45,932 nucleotides of DNA, taken from the IMG/VR virus record IMGVR_UViG_3300020042_001689, positions 1 to 45,932 of that record, one strand, 5' to 3'. Positions 1 to 9,962 of this stretch are shown piece after piece. Each line of letters starts with the position of its first letter. The stretch's first letter is position 1. Position numbers and translations under genes: made by a program. The notes below the pieces were generated by a model. The model did no database searches. It was given only the letters and a program-made list of their open reading frames with translations, and was not told where the DNA came from. The stretch comes from a virus (Duplodnaviria > Caudoviricetes).

Positions 1-74
1 AGCCTGTCACGGTGAACGAAATGAAACGTCCCCGTGGCAGGCCCCGAGTTGAGGTTATTGACGCAGGAGCATAG
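1..74 (+). CDS. 3' end of a small basic phage protein (partial)
   Basis: Frame from base 3 reads PVTVNEMKRPRGRPRVEVIDAGA*, with an AT-hook-like RPRGRPR; GGAG at its end serves as RBS for the ATG at 78. Confidence 0.55.
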   Translation, partial: PVTVNEMKRPRGRPRVEVIDAGA

Positions 75-77
75 GGT

Positions 78-791
78 ATGACCACATCTGCTGGCGACCA
101 GATAAACGGGGCGTTACGCCTAATTGGGATGTTGGCAGAGGCTGAGACACCTTCAGCCGCTACGTCTGCTGACGCACTGTCGGCGCTCAACCAGATGATC
201 GACTCATGGAACACTGAGCGTTTGTCGGTGTTCACCACGCAAGACCAAGTGTTCACTTGGCCTGTAAATCAAGCTACACGCACGTTAGGCCCAACAGGTA
301 ACTTTGTTGGCAACCGGCCTGTTTTGGTTGACGATGCCACCTACTTCAAAGATACCTCAAACGGTACTTCGTATGGCATTAAGATAATCAACGAGCAGCA
401 GTACAACGGCATTGCTGTCAAGAATACAACCAGCACCTACCCGCAGGTGCTGTACGTCAACATGGGCTACCCCGACATTACGATGACGGTGTACCCTGTG
501 CCTACTTCGCCACTTGAATGGCACATTGTGTCGGTAGAAGAATTGACGCAACCGGCAACGCTGGCAACTACGCTGTCTTTCCCTCCAGGCTACCTACGAT
601 GTTTTAGGTTTAATCTGGCCTGTGAGATTGCCGCTGAGTTTGGCGTCGAGCCAAGCCCACAGGTGCAGCGGATTGCTATGACCTCCAAGCGCAACATCAA
701 GCGCATCAACAACCCTGACGATGTAATGGCGATGCCCTACGGCATAGTCGCTAATCGTCAACGATATAACATTTACGCTGGGACATTTTAA
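78..791 (+). CDS. Head-to-tail adaptor, P22 gp4-like (module 1)
   Basis: 237 aa; N-term 'INGALRLIG..AEAETPSA...DALSALNQMIDSW' and C-term 'P.GY...RFNLACEIAAEFG' resemble gp4-type adaptors; lies upstream of the gp10-like gene. Confidence 0.75.
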   Translation: MTTSAGDQINGALRLIGMLAEAETPSAATSADALSALNQMIDSWNTERLSVFTTQDQVFTWPVNQATRTLGPTGNFVGNRPVLVDDATYFKDTSNGTSYGIKIINEQQYNGIAVKNTTSTYPQVLYVNMGYPDITMTVYPVPTSPLEWHIVSVEELTQPATLATTLSFPPGYLRCFRFNLACEIAAEFGVEPSPQVQRIAMTSKRNIKRINNPDDVMAMPYGIVANRQRYNIYAGTF

Positions 792-793
792 TC

Positions 794-1843
794 ATGACTA
801 CCGTTGCCATCTCTGGTTTACCCGTTGCCACCGTCATCAACGCTGTTGACATTATTCCATTCGTTCAAACTGGCACAACCAAGAGCATTGATAAGACGCG
901 GCTGTTTACCAGCCCGACAATGATTACGCCTGTGCTGGGCGCAGCCACAGCTACAAGCCTTGCAGTGTCTAGTACCCTAGCTGTAACGGGTGTGTCCACG
1001 CTAACTGCTGGTGCGGTTATTCAAGGCATGACAGTCGGTAGGGGTCTTGCTGCTATTGCATCAAACACGGCGGCGGGAGTCTCTGCTTTATCGGGAATTA
1101 CAACGGGCAGTCAGAATACCGCCGTGGGAAATAACGCTGCACGCCTTATTCAAGCCGCTGACAACTGTGTTGCCGTGGGAAATGCTGCGTTAACTAACGC
1201 TACCGCTGGCACTGGAAATACCGCAATTGGCTCGCTTACACTGTCAAACGCAAATCCTGGCGGCACAAACACAGCCGTTGGAAATAGCGCTCTTTTTAAC
1301 GCAACAGGCGGCTCAAATACCGCAATTGGCGATCAAGCACTATTATCTGCCGCAGGAGCGTGTGTTGCTATTGGTAAATTTGCTGGAACGTATGAGACAG
1401 GCGCAAACGCCTTCTACGTCAACAACCAAGACCGCACCAACACCGCAGGAGATAAAGCAAGTTCGTTAATGTATGGCGTATTTAATACCACCGCAGCAAC
1501 GCAATCACTAGCAATCAATGCGGCCTTAACAGTAAATGGCGGTTTGATAGGCGCTGTACAAACTCTAGCTGGCCCTGGTGCTGTGAACCTAACTACGTCC
1601 ACCACTTCTTTTACTTCAACTGCCGCTGGCAATGCGCTGACGCTTGCAAACGGATCACAAGGGCAAATCAAGATAATTGTTTATATTGCAGAAGCAGCAG
1701 GCGGCGACACTGGTATTCTGACTCCTGCCAACCTTGGCAGTGCAACCACAATTACTTTTAATACTATTGGAGATGCGGTAACGCTTCAGTATGTCGGCAC
1801 TGACTGGTGGGTTGTTGGACTCCGTGGCGCTGTAGTTGCCTAA
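794..1843 (+). CDS. Tail fibre/accessory virion protein
   Basis: 349 aa, Ala/Gly/Thr-rich; 'ISGLPVAT' N-term and about 7 'NTA(V/I)G..AL' beta-roll-like repeats. Confidence 0.65.
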   Translation: MTTVAISGLPVATVINAVDIIPFVQTGTTKSIDKTRLFTSPTMITPVLGAATATSLAVSSTLAVTGVSTLTAGAVIQGMTVGRGLAAIASNTAAGVSALSGITTGSQNTAVGNNAARLIQAADNCVAVGNAALTNATAGTGNTAIGSLTLSNANPGGTNTAVGNSALFNATGGSNTAIGDQALLSAAGACVAIGKFAGTYETGANAFYVNNQDRTNTAGDKASSLMYGVFNTTAATQSLAINAALTVNGGLIGAVQTLAGPGAVNLTTSTTSFTSTAAGNALTLANGSQGQIKIIVYIAEAAGGDTGILTPANLGSATTITFNTIGDAVTLQYVGTDWWVVGLRGAVVA

Positions 1844-3495
1844 TGAAAACCCCCATCCTTGGTTCGGCCTATGTTGCCCGTAGCGTTAATGCTGCGGATA
1901 ACAGGATGGTCAACCTTTTCCCAGAAGTCGTCCCAGACGGAGGAGAGACAGGCGGGTTTTTGAACCGAGCGCCTGGGCTTGACTTGCTGGTGACGGTTGG
2001 GACAGGGCCAATACGAGGCTTGTGGACGTTTAACGGCGTTGGCTATGTGGTTAGTGGCACGGAACTTTACAGCTTCACCACGGGCTATGTAGCCACCTTG
2101 CGTGGCACGGTTGCAGGCACTGGCCCGGTCAGCATGAGCGACAACGGCACTCAGTTGTTTATTGCAGCCAATGGGCCGGGTTACATCTACAACAGCAGCA
2201 CGGCAGTCTTTGCCCAGATCACAGACGTTGACTTTGCTGGCGCGTTAATCGTTGGCTACTTGGATGGCTACTTTGTTTTTATTCAGCCAAACAGCCAAAT
2301 ATTCTGGGTGACGCAACTGCTGGATGGATCATCAGTTGACCCGCTTGATTTTGCCAGTGCCGAGGGTTCGCCTGACGGTTTGGTTAGCATGATTATTGAC
2401 CACGGGCAGATTTGGCTGTTTGGCACTAACTCAGTCGAGGTGTGGTACGACAGTGGCGCTGCCGACTTTCCCATGACCCGCATCCAGGGCGCGTTCAATG
2501 AGATTGGCTGCGCTGCGGCCTTCTCTGTTGCCAAGCTGGACAACGGCATCTTTTGGCTAGGCGCGGATGCGCGAGGCCAAGGCATCGTCTACCGGGCCAA
2601 TGGCTACACCGGCACTCGGGTTAGCACCCACGCTATTGAGTTTGCCATTGCCCAATACGGCGACATTTCTGACGCCATTGCCTACACCTACCAGCAAGAA
2701 GGCCATGCCTTCTACGTCCTGACATTCCCAACCGGCAACGCCACTTGGGTCTACGATGTGTCTACCCAGGCATGGCACGAACGGGCTGGGTTTGACAACG
2801 GCCTGTTCATGCGCCACAGGTCAAACTGCCAGATGGCGTTTAACAGCCAAATTGTGGTCGGCGACTACGTTAACGGCAACATCTACGCTTTTGACTTGGA
2901 TGTGTACGCTGACAACGGCAGCATCCAAAAGTGGCTGCGCTCATGGAGGGCGTTGCCGTCAGGCCAAAACAACCTCAAACGCACGGCCCACCACACCTTG
3001 CAGCTTGACGCTGAAACAGGCGTAGGGCTGGGCATCACGCCAGGGTATGACGCAGAGGGCATCATCACTGAGTTGGCAAACGTCCCACCAGCAGGGCCAA
3101 GCTACCAACTAATTGCCGAGTTTGATTGGGAGTACCTAGCAACTGAAAGCGGCGATGAAATTATTGTTGAAACGGCCTTTGGATTCCCCGTTGAATACCT
3201 AGTGACCTTTGCCTACTCTGGCCCAGACATTGACGGCGCTGAAATTGTTACCGAGTCATCTCTACCCACACCGGGCTACGACCCGCAAGTTATGCTGCGC
3301 TGGAGCGACGATAGCGGTCACACTTGGTCAAGCGAGCATTGGACAAGCATGGGCAAGATTGGTGAGTACGGCTACCGCACGTTCTGGCGGCGGCTTGGTT
3401 CGTCCAGAGATCGGGTTTACGAGGTTAGCGGCACTGACCCGGTAAAAATTGCCATCATGGGCGCTGAGTTGGTGCTAAGTCCAACGTCAAGCTAG
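1843..3495 (+). CDS. Tail hub/DNA stabilisation protein, P22 gp10-like (module 1)
   Basis: Start reassigned to ATG 1843 (TAATG overlap; MKTPILG); motifs 'DFASAEGSPD', 'FGTNSVEVW', 'YQQEGHAFYVLTFP..TWVYD', 'LRWSDD.G.TWS', 'WRRLG'. Confidence 0.85.
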   Translation: MKTPILGSAYVARSVNAADNRMVNLFPEVVPDGGETGGFLNRAPGLDLLVTVGTGPIRGLWTFNGVGYVVSGTELYSFTTGYVATLRGTVAGTGPVSMSDNGTQLFIAANGPGYIYNSSTAVFAQITDVDFAGALIVGYLDGYFVFIQPNSQIFWVTQLLDGSSVDPLDFASAEGSPDGLVSMIIDHGQIWLFGTNSVEVWYDSGAADFPMTRIQGAFNEIGCAAAFSVAKLDNGIFWLGADARGQGIVYRANGYTGTRVSTHAIEFAIAQYGDISDAIAYTYQQEGHAFYVLTFPTGNATWVYDVSTQAWHERAGFDNGLFMRHRSNCQMAFNSQIVVGDYVNGNIYAFDLDVYADNGSIQKWLRSWRALPSGQNNLKRTAHHTLQLDAETGVGLGITPGYDAEGIITELANVPPAGPSYQLIAEFDWEYLATESGDEIIVETAFGFPVEYLVTFAYSGPDIDGAEIVTESSLPTPGYDPQVMLRWSDDSGHTWSSEHWTSMGKIGEYGYRTFWRRLGSSRDRVYEVSGTDPVKIAIMGAELVLSPTSS

Positions 3496-3496
3496 T

Positions 3497-4213
3497 ATGG
3501 CAAACGTCACTCAAATTCCTGCGCCTCGGGTTGCATTTACTCAAGACGGGCAGATCACGACCCAATGGTTTCGTTGGCTTAACAACGTCTACACCATTAC
3601 CGGCTCTGGCCTTGGCATCACGCCGGTAATCAACGGCGGCACGGGGTTGGGCACAATTCCGACCAATGGCAAACTGTTGATCGGTAATGGTACAGGTTAC
3701 ACGCTCAACACTTTGACGGCTGGCACAGGCATCACCGTGACCAACGGCGCTGGGACGATAACTTTGGCATCCAGCGGCATAACAAGTTTTAGCGCAGGGA
3801 CAACGGGGTTCACGCCCAGCAGCCCTACAAGTGGTGCGGTAGTGTTGGCAGGCACACTGGTGATAGCCAATGGCGGCACTGGCGCTACAACAGCCGCAGC
3901 AGCCCGAGCCAGCTTAGGTGCTGGCACAGGCAATGGCACAGTGACCAGCGTAGGCGGCACGGGTACGGTCAACGGCATCACGCTGACAGGCACGGTTACA
4001 ACAACAGGCAACCTGACCCTTGGCGGTACGCTGAGTGGGGTTAGTCTGACCACGCAAGTCAGTGGTATCCTGCCTATAGCCAACGGCGGGACAGGCACTT
4101 CTACCGCTGGGGTTAGCGCCACAATCGTGACTGCTAAACTGACCGCACTAGGCGCAGACGGCAGCATGACTTTTACAAATGGTTTGCTTACAGCGCAGAC
4201 TCCTGCGACTTAG
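3497..4213 (+). CDS. Tail needle/short fibre protein (P22 gp26 position)
   Basis: 238 aa Gly/Thr-rich with repeated 'IANGGTG'; immediately follows the gp10-like gene. Confidence 0.6.
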   Translation: MANVTQIPAPRVAFTQDGQITTQWFRWLNNVYTITGSGLGITPVINGGTGLGTIPTNGKLLIGNGTGYTLNTLTAGTGITVTNGAGTITLASSGITSFSAGTTGFTPSSPTSGAVVLAGTLVIANGGTGATTAAAARASLGAGTGNGTVTSVGGTGTVNGITLTGTVTTTGNLTLGGTLSGVSLTTQVSGILPIANGGTGTSTAGVSATIVTAKLTALGADGSMTFTNGLLTAQTPAT

Positions 4214-4222
4214 GGTAATGAG

Positions 4223-4561
4223 ATGATTCAGCATCATTTTAGTTCTGGCGTTTACGTAAAAGAAACACGAATTCCAGCCGGGTTTGTGTTGGTACAACAC
4301 GCCCATAAACATGACCACTTGTCTATCTTGGCAAGTGGGTCTGTTGAGTTGGTTGTGGATGGTGTTAAATCGGTAGTTCACGCCCCTGGTTGCCTTACTA
4401 TTGCCGCAGGCAAACATCACGGAATAAAATCGCTTACGGATGTGGTTTGGTATTGTGTACACGCAACCGATTGCACAGATGAAAATGAAGTTGATAAAAC
4501 ACTAATTGTTTCGGATAACACAGTTGAAGCAAGTAAAATTGTTTGCTGTTTACAGGAGTAA
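4223..4561 (+). CDS. Cupin-fold protein
   Basis: 'HHFSSGVY.KE..IPAG...QHAHKHDH.S....G' and 'IAAGKHH' His motifs typical of cupins. Confidence 0.65.
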   Translation: MIQHHFSSGVYVKETRIPAGFVLVQHAHKHDHLSILASGSVELVVDGVKSVVHAPGCLTIAAGKHHGIKSLTDVVWYCVHATDCTDENEVDKTLIVSDNTVEASKIVCCLQE

Positions 4562-4564
4562 ATT

Positions 4565-5338
4565 ATGCCTTGGTCATGGCTCATCCCCGCTGGCGCATCG
4601 CTACTTGGTGGCTACTTGTCGTCTAGCGGTCAACAACAAGCTGCCGGTACACAAGCAGGCGCTGCTGACCGTGCGGCGGCGCTGCAAGAACGCATTTACA
4701 ACTCAATGGCAGAACGTAACCTGCCTGCTGAATCGGCTGGCAACTTAGCGCGTGCCCGATATTTAGAGTTAATTGGATTAGGGCCAAACACCAATGCAAT
4801 GGGCTACGGGTCTGCTGTTCAGCCGTTTGACATAAACAAATTCCAAGCCGACCCTGGTTACAACTTTCGTATGAGGGAAGGTTTAAAGGCTCTTGATCGG
4901 CAAGCTGCTGCTAGAGGCGGGGTAATGTCTGGTGCGGCCCTTAAAGCCGCAGGACGCTACGGGCAAGAAACGGCGTCACAAGAATTTGGTAACGCCTACA
5001 ACCGTTACCGCCAAAACCGGGCCGATCAGTTGGGGCCACTTGGTGATGTAATGACCGGCGGCACTAACGCCATTAACGCCACTAACACGGCATTGGGTAA
5101 CTACGGCACAAACGTAGGCAATCTAATGGGCCAAGCTGGGCAGGCCATTGGCGCTGGGCAGATTGGTGCGGGTAACACATACAACAACGCTATACAAGCT
5201 GCGCTTCAAGGTTATCAAAACAACCAGATGATGGATTTGTTTAGGAATAGACAATCATCGTACACCCCGCAACAAACTGCATACGCAAACCGAATGAATG
5301 TGCCACAGTATGGTCAATCACTGTTTGATGAAGGTTAA
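4565..5338 (+). CDS. DNA ejection protein, P22 gp7-like
   Basis: Hydrophobic N-term, Ala/Gly/Gln-rich; 'DPGYNFR..EG..AL...AAARGG..SGAALKA' motif; synteny. Confidence 0.65.
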   Translation: MPWSWLIPAGASLLGGYLSSSGQQQAAGTQAGAADRAAALQERIYNSMAERNLPAESAGNLARARYLELIGLGPNTNAMGYGSAVQPFDINKFQADPGYNFRMREGLKALDRQAAARGGVMSGAALKAAGRYGQETASQEFGNAYNRYRQNRADQLGPLGDVMTGGTNAINATNTALGNYGTNVGNLMGQAGQAIGAGQIGAGNTYNNAIQAALQGYQNNQMMDLFRNRQSSYTPQQTAYANRMNVPQYGQSLFDEG

Positions 5339-5340
5339 TC

Positions 5341-7161
5341 ATGGCAACCCTTAACGAAATGATAGCGCAAGGGGCGCAGTTTAATGTCCCTGACCCAGTA
5401 GCGCAGTACAACAAGCTGGCGCAGATGCAGCAATATAAAACTCAAAATGAGTTAAGCCAACAAGAGGCAATAGATAAAGCTACTGAACGTCAACGGTTAG
5501 TTTCAGAACGAACCAGACGAGCAACTTTTCTGTCTGGTTTAAGTGGAAAATTAGCTGAAAAGGGTTACACCTTAGATAGAAGTACATTGTCCAGTATGAT
5601 GAGTTCTGGCATACCAGATATTGAAAAACTTGCTTTTGAGGGATTTAAAGCATTAAGCGCAGATGAAGCATTTAATAAAGCTGAGGGCGAACCTAGTGCG
5701 ACTATGGCTGCTGCGCCTACTCCTGCGCCTATGGCTGCTGCCGTACCCAGATATGACTCTACGCAACCAAATGTAGGCGTTGGTACTACTGGTGTTCCTG
5801 GTGTGGGAATGAAATTGCCATTTGCAGACAGTCTTGCCACAAGACTTAATCCAACAACGGGTGAAGTTGAGCCAGTGCCATTAAGAGAAAATCAAGCGGC
5901 AGCGGGTCTATTTGATAAGTTAACTAAAACTTACTCACCTGTTTTTGGTACGCTTGCATTAACAGCGCCTGAAATTGTGACCCGGTTAAATAACAAACTT
6001 ACGGCTTTAACAAACAATCCGCCTGAGGGTATGACTCCTCAAACAAGAGCGGAAATGATAGCGGCTGTTAAAGAAGAAATTATTGCTACTGCCGCAGGTA
6101 AGCGTGATATGCTTACTCCTACTAATGCAATGGCTCCACAAGCACCAGCGCCTGTAGCCAATGCAATGGCTCCTGCACCAACGCCAGCAGCTGCGCCAAC
6201 AGGTGAACTGGAAAGGCTAACTGCTCAAAGAAATAGGTATTCAAAGATAAGCCCACAAACCCCAGGTGACGTTGCTAAACTTAAAAACATACTGGATGGT
6301 ATTGATAAGCAAATTGAGCGGTTAACCACAACGGGTTCCTCGTTGTCAAAATTAATAGCAGAGCGAGATAGATTGCCTGCTGGTGACCCACGCATTGCTA
6401 CATTCGATAATGCAATCCTAAAAGAATCGCAGAATGTTGCAAAAACAGAACCGTTAGCAGATTTTGCTGCGTTTATGAGATTGTCAACCGCTGACCAAGA
6501 CGCCTTCTTAAAATTCAAACGTGCTGGTGCTGGCAATGTAACCGCAACAGCTACTACTGGCCCAGTAGGAAAAAGTTTGTCTGAGCCGGTTGGTAAACGG
6601 GTTGAAACATCTTTAATTAAAGCTGAAGGTGCAACGTCAATGATGGACACATCTAATTCAGTGCGAGAGGCTTTGAACGCCGGTAATGTCATTGCTGGGC
6701 CATTGGCTGGTGTTCGCACAAAATTTGCTCAATTGTTAGAACTAGCTGGGGCGGGAGACAAAGAAAAATTAGTTAACACCCGCACTGCAATTCAAGGTTT
6801 GGCTGGTTTGACGTTGGAAAGCAGGGCTGAACTTAGGGGCCAAGGGCAAATTACTGATACTGAAACCAAACTGCTTGAAAAAGCACGGTCAGCAGATGTA
6901 GGCGACATGACTATTCCTGAGTTGCAACAAGTTGTTACTGTCTCTCAACGATTGGCATCTAGACTTTATGGTAACCATCAGATACTGCTGGATAGGATGA
7001 AAGGTGACCCAGCGGCTAAAGATTCAATGATGTACTATGAGCCAACGTCAAAGTTGTCGTCTCCGGTACTTGAAGGAAAAACTCCAGCCGCCCAAAACAA
7101 AGATGAAAAACGCCCCTCTTTAGGTTCCATATTTGGTAACCCGCCCCAAGGAGTTAAGTGA
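5341..7161 (+). CDS. Putative DNA ejection/internal virion protein (gp20 position)
   Basis: 606 aa, helical with Pro/Ala linkers; follows the gp7-like gene. Confidence 0.5.
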   Translation: MATLNEMIAQGAQFNVPDPVAQYNKLAQMQQYKTQNELSQQEAIDKATERQRLVSERTRRATFLSGLSGKLAEKGYTLDRSTLSSMMSSGIPDIEKLAFEGFKALSADEAFNKAEGEPSATMAAAPTPAPMAAAVPRYDSTQPNVGVGTTGVPGVGMKLPFADSLATRLNPTTGEVEPVPLRENQAAAGLFDKLTKTYSPVFGTLALTAPEIVTRLNNKLTALTNNPPEGMTPQTRAEMIAAVKEEIIATAAGKRDMLTPTNAMAPQAPAPVANAMAPAPTPAAAPTGELERLTAQRNRYSKISPQTPGDVAKLKNILDGIDKQIERLTTTGSSLSKLIAERDRLPAGDPRIATFDNAILKESQNVAKTEPLADFAAFMRLSTADQDAFLKFKRAGAGNVTATATTGPVGKSLSEPVGKRVETSLIKAEGATSMMDTSNSVREALNAGNVIAGPLAGVRTKFAQLLELAGAGDKEKLVNTRTAIQGLAGLTLESRAELRGQGQITDTETKLLEKARSADVGDMTIPELQQVVTVSQRLASRLYGNHQILLDRMKGDPAAKDSMMYYEPTSKLSSPVLEGKTPAAQNKDEKRPSLGSIFGNPPQGVK

Positions 7162-8774
7162 TGGCTGACAATTTTCGCGATCAAATTAACTCTGCGCGTC
7201 GGGCTGGCTACAGCGATGATGAACTAATTGGATATTTGAAAGACAAAGATTCAAGAGTCACACAAGCATTAGATGCTGGATATAAGCCCATGGAAATTTT
7301 GGAACATTTAGCACCAAAGTTATCTACAGGTGAAGAAGTTATTAGAAAGACTGGCGTTGCTGTACGAGGCGTTACGGAGGCTTTAGCGCCAATCGCGGCT
7401 GGTGCTGGTGCTGGTATGCTAATGGGTGGCCCTGTAGGTGCTGGTGTAGGGGCGTTAGCTGGCGGTCTAGCCGCGCCTCTAACAGATGTTGCTACGATGG
7501 CCTACAACAAAATGTTTGGGGATACGGCTCGTACCCCGTCGAATGTAATTTCGTCAATGCTACCCGGCCCAAGGGCTGAAACTCCAACTGAACGAGTGTT
7601 GCAAACAGGCGCTGGCGCTTTAGGTGGAACTAGCGGCTCTGTATCTGCTGGCCGATCAATTGTAAATCTTGGTAGAACAAGTCCAGGATTACCTGCAACC
7701 GTTGCACCGGGCACATTAGCTATTGGTCAAGAAGCGGCTCGGCTTCCAATTGCCCAAATAGTTACCGCACCTTTGGCGGCGTCTACAGGACAAACCGTTA
7801 CGGAATTGACGGATAACCCTTTGGCGGGGTTGGCTGCTGGTATTGGTACTAGCGTAGTAGCTGGTGTGCGTCCAGTAAAACGTGGCGCTGTTCCAACGGC
7901 AGAAGAGTTGTTATCTAAATCCAAAGCCAACTATGATATTTTAGATAAATCTAGTCTTCAGTTTAACAAAAACGAATTTAATCAACGAATGAGTTTGTTG
8001 CCTGTTCATTTGGAAGCTACGGAAGGTTATGTGTCTGGGGTGTATCCAAAAGTAGATGCTGCGCTTGCGCGATTACAAGCCGACAGGCCAAAAAATGTTG
8101 CCGAAATAACGGCGCTTCGCAAAATTATTGGGAACGCTGCGGGCAGTGCGGATTCGGCTGAACGCAGAATGGGTAATATTCTTCTTGACGATTACGACAA
8201 ATACATTTTAAACGCGCCGCCAAGCGCGATTGTTAGCGGCGACAAAATTGCCCTTGATGCATGGAAAGCTGCCCGCGCTGACTACGCCAAAGTTAAAAAA
8301 TCAGAATTGATTGAAGACATTGTTTCTCGTGCTGAAGTTTCACAAACAAGCAAAGAACCAACAGTTGCTCAAGGCTTATCGGCACTAGCAAAAAATGACA
8401 AAAAAATGCGGTTTTTTACCGCAGACGAACAAGAGGCAATTCGTGATGCTGCTAAAGGTGGAACGCTACAAAACTTGACTAAAATTATGGGCAAGTTTTC
8501 CCCAACAACTCCAGCGGCAGCAATTTTTACTGCAGTTAATCCTTATGGAGCTTACACGGCGGCAGCAGGCATGGCGGCTAAAAGCCTAGCGGAAGCGCGT
8601 AGGGTGCAAGACGTTAATCGTTTAGCTAGTCGCATGAGGTTAGGTAAAACTCCAGATGTACTTGAGGGCGCGTTTGAAAATACTCCAGTGTTTTTTACGC
8701 GAGGCGCTCAAAATATGCTTGCTCCTCCTAGAGAAGTTACCAACGCTATGGAAATTTTAGGTGGTTCACAATGA
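7158..8774 (+). CDS. Putative DNA ejection/internal virion protein (gp16 position)
   Basis: 538 aa; 'ARRAGYSDDELIGYL' N-term, Gly/Ala hydrophobic segments; start may be ATG 7161. Confidence 0.55.
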   Translation: MMADNFRDQINSARRAGYSDDELIGYLKDKDSRVTQALDAGYKPMEILEHLAPKLSTGEEVIRKTGVAVRGVTEALAPIAAGAGAGMLMGGPVGAGVGALAGGLAAPLTDVATMAYNKMFGDTARTPSNVISSMLPGPRAETPTERVLQTGAGALGGTSGSVSAGRSIVNLGRTSPGLPATVAPGTLAIGQEAARLPIAQIVTAPLAASTGQTVTELTDNPLAGLAAGIGTSVVAGVRPVKRGAVPTAEELLSKSKANYDILDKSSLQFNKNEFNQRMSLLPVHLEATEGYVSGVYPKVDAALARLQADRPKNVAEITALRKIIGNAAGSADSAERRMGNILLDDYDKYILNAPPSAIVSGDKIALDAWKAARADYAKVKKSELIEDIVSRAEVSQTSKEPTVAQGLSALAKNDKKMRFFTADEQEAIRDAAKGGTLQNLTKIMGKFSPTTPAAAIFTAVNPYGAYTAAAGMAAKSLAEARRVQDVNRLASRMRLGKTPDVLEGAFENTPVFFTRGAQNMLAPPREVTNAMEILGGSQ

Positions 8775-9013
8775 CACCAGAAGACCGCTCCCTGCTGATC
8801 TCCGACCTGCTCGTTGCGCTCAAGAGCAGCGACACCTGCCTCGACATGGAGGAGCAGCAGTGGGTGAAGAACGCCATCAAAGCGCAGAACGACATGGAAA
8901 AGTTGCGGAAGGCCATCATTGAGAAGACACTTGCCGGTCTGGTCTGGGCGGCTATTATTGGTGTGGCCTATCTGTTTGTAGACTTCCTCCGAAACCACGG
9001 GTTGAAGATATGA
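8771..9013 (+). CDS. Small membrane protein (holin-like)
   Basis: 80 aa, coiled region then one C-terminal TM helix; ATGA-coupled on both sides. Confidence 0.5.
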   Translation: MTPEDRSLLISDLLVALKSSDTCLDMEEQQWVKNAIKAQNDMEKLRKAIIEKTLAGLVWAAIIGVAYLFVDFLRNHGLKI

Positions 9014-9807
9014 ATTACTACCTAAATGCCTTCAATGAGATGTTGCGTAAGCGGCAAGAAAACCAGATGGGGCGCGGTGGGGACGGGCGCAGCGCCACCC
9101 CTCAGTTCGACGCCATGTCCAACACCCAAAGAGCCTCTTATTACAGCGACAACCCTACGATGGCGGCAGTGACCCAATTTGGTCAGAAGGCTGTAAATTA
9201 CGCCCCCTTTGGAATAGGTATGGCAATGAGGGCGCAAAACGCAATGTTCCCAGACTTTGTAGCAGAGCAGGCGTCAGTTGCCCGAGGGATTGACCCTGGC
9301 ACTGGTTTGCAAGTCGGCGGCTATGGTTCGCAACCGGGTACTTCTGGGATAACGCCCACTGGACTTTACGGCGACCAGTTTGCGGGTGAGACTGCGCCAA
9401 AATCCTCTGGTTTTATGGACACATTGGGGCGAATGTTTGGTGGTTCCTCAGTGTCTTTGAATCCCGCACAAGTCGAGACTCGGGCGGCTACGCCCAACCC
9501 GTATGCTGGAGAAAATCCAACCCTAAGTTCAACTGGTAGCGGTTTTGCTGGCGCTGATGTTGGTTTTGGCGGTGGGTTTGGCGGTGGTGTTGGAACTGGA
9601 ACCAGTGGCGGCAGTCCTGCTGATGCTGCTGATTTGGGCTACAACCAAGGCGGCATGGTCACACCCGAACGCTTGATGGGCCGCGCGCCTGCACCTGACG
9701 ATGGCTACGGGGCGCTAAAAATTGGCGAACACGTTATTACCAAGGAGGCGGTGGAGAGGTACGGCAGACGTATGATGGACGCTATCAATAATGGCACTTT
9801 CCGCTAA
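9010..9807 (+). CDS. Hypothetical Gly-rich virion-associated protein
   Basis: 265 aa; shares segments with ORFs 19104 and 15797 (see findings). Confidence 0.55.
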   Translation: MNYYLNAFNEMLRKRQENQMGRGGDGRSATPQFDAMSNTQRASYYSDNPTMAAVTQFGQKAVNYAPFGIGMAMRAQNAMFPDFVAEQASVARGIDPGTGLQVGGYGSQPGTSGITPTGLYGDQFAGETAPKSSGFMDTLGRMFGGSSVSLNPAQVETRAATPNPYAGENPTLSSTGSGFAGADVGFGGGFGGGVGTGTSGGSPADAADLGYNQGGMVTPERLMGRAPAPDDGYGALKIGEHVITKEAVERYGRRMMDAINNGTFR

Positions 9808-9809
9808 TC

Positions 9810-9962
9810 ATGGAATTTATAGAGGCACTGGCGAAGGGATGGCCCATGCTGCTGGCGTTGATTACGCTGATTATTGTGCTGGCTAAGATGGATATCAAAA
9901 TTGCCGTGTTGGAAGAAAAAGTTAAATCGTTGTTTGAGATATTCAACCGTAAAGACAAATGA
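9810..9962 (+). CDS. Small membrane peptide (not in ORF track)
   Basis: MEFIEALAKGWPMLLALITLIIVLAKMDIKIAVLEEKVKSLFEIFNRKDK*, 50 aa, TM plus coiled coil; ATGA overlap with 9959. Confidence 0.6.
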   Translation: MEFIEALAKGWPMLLALITLIIVLAKMDIKIAVLEEKVKSLFEIFNRKDK

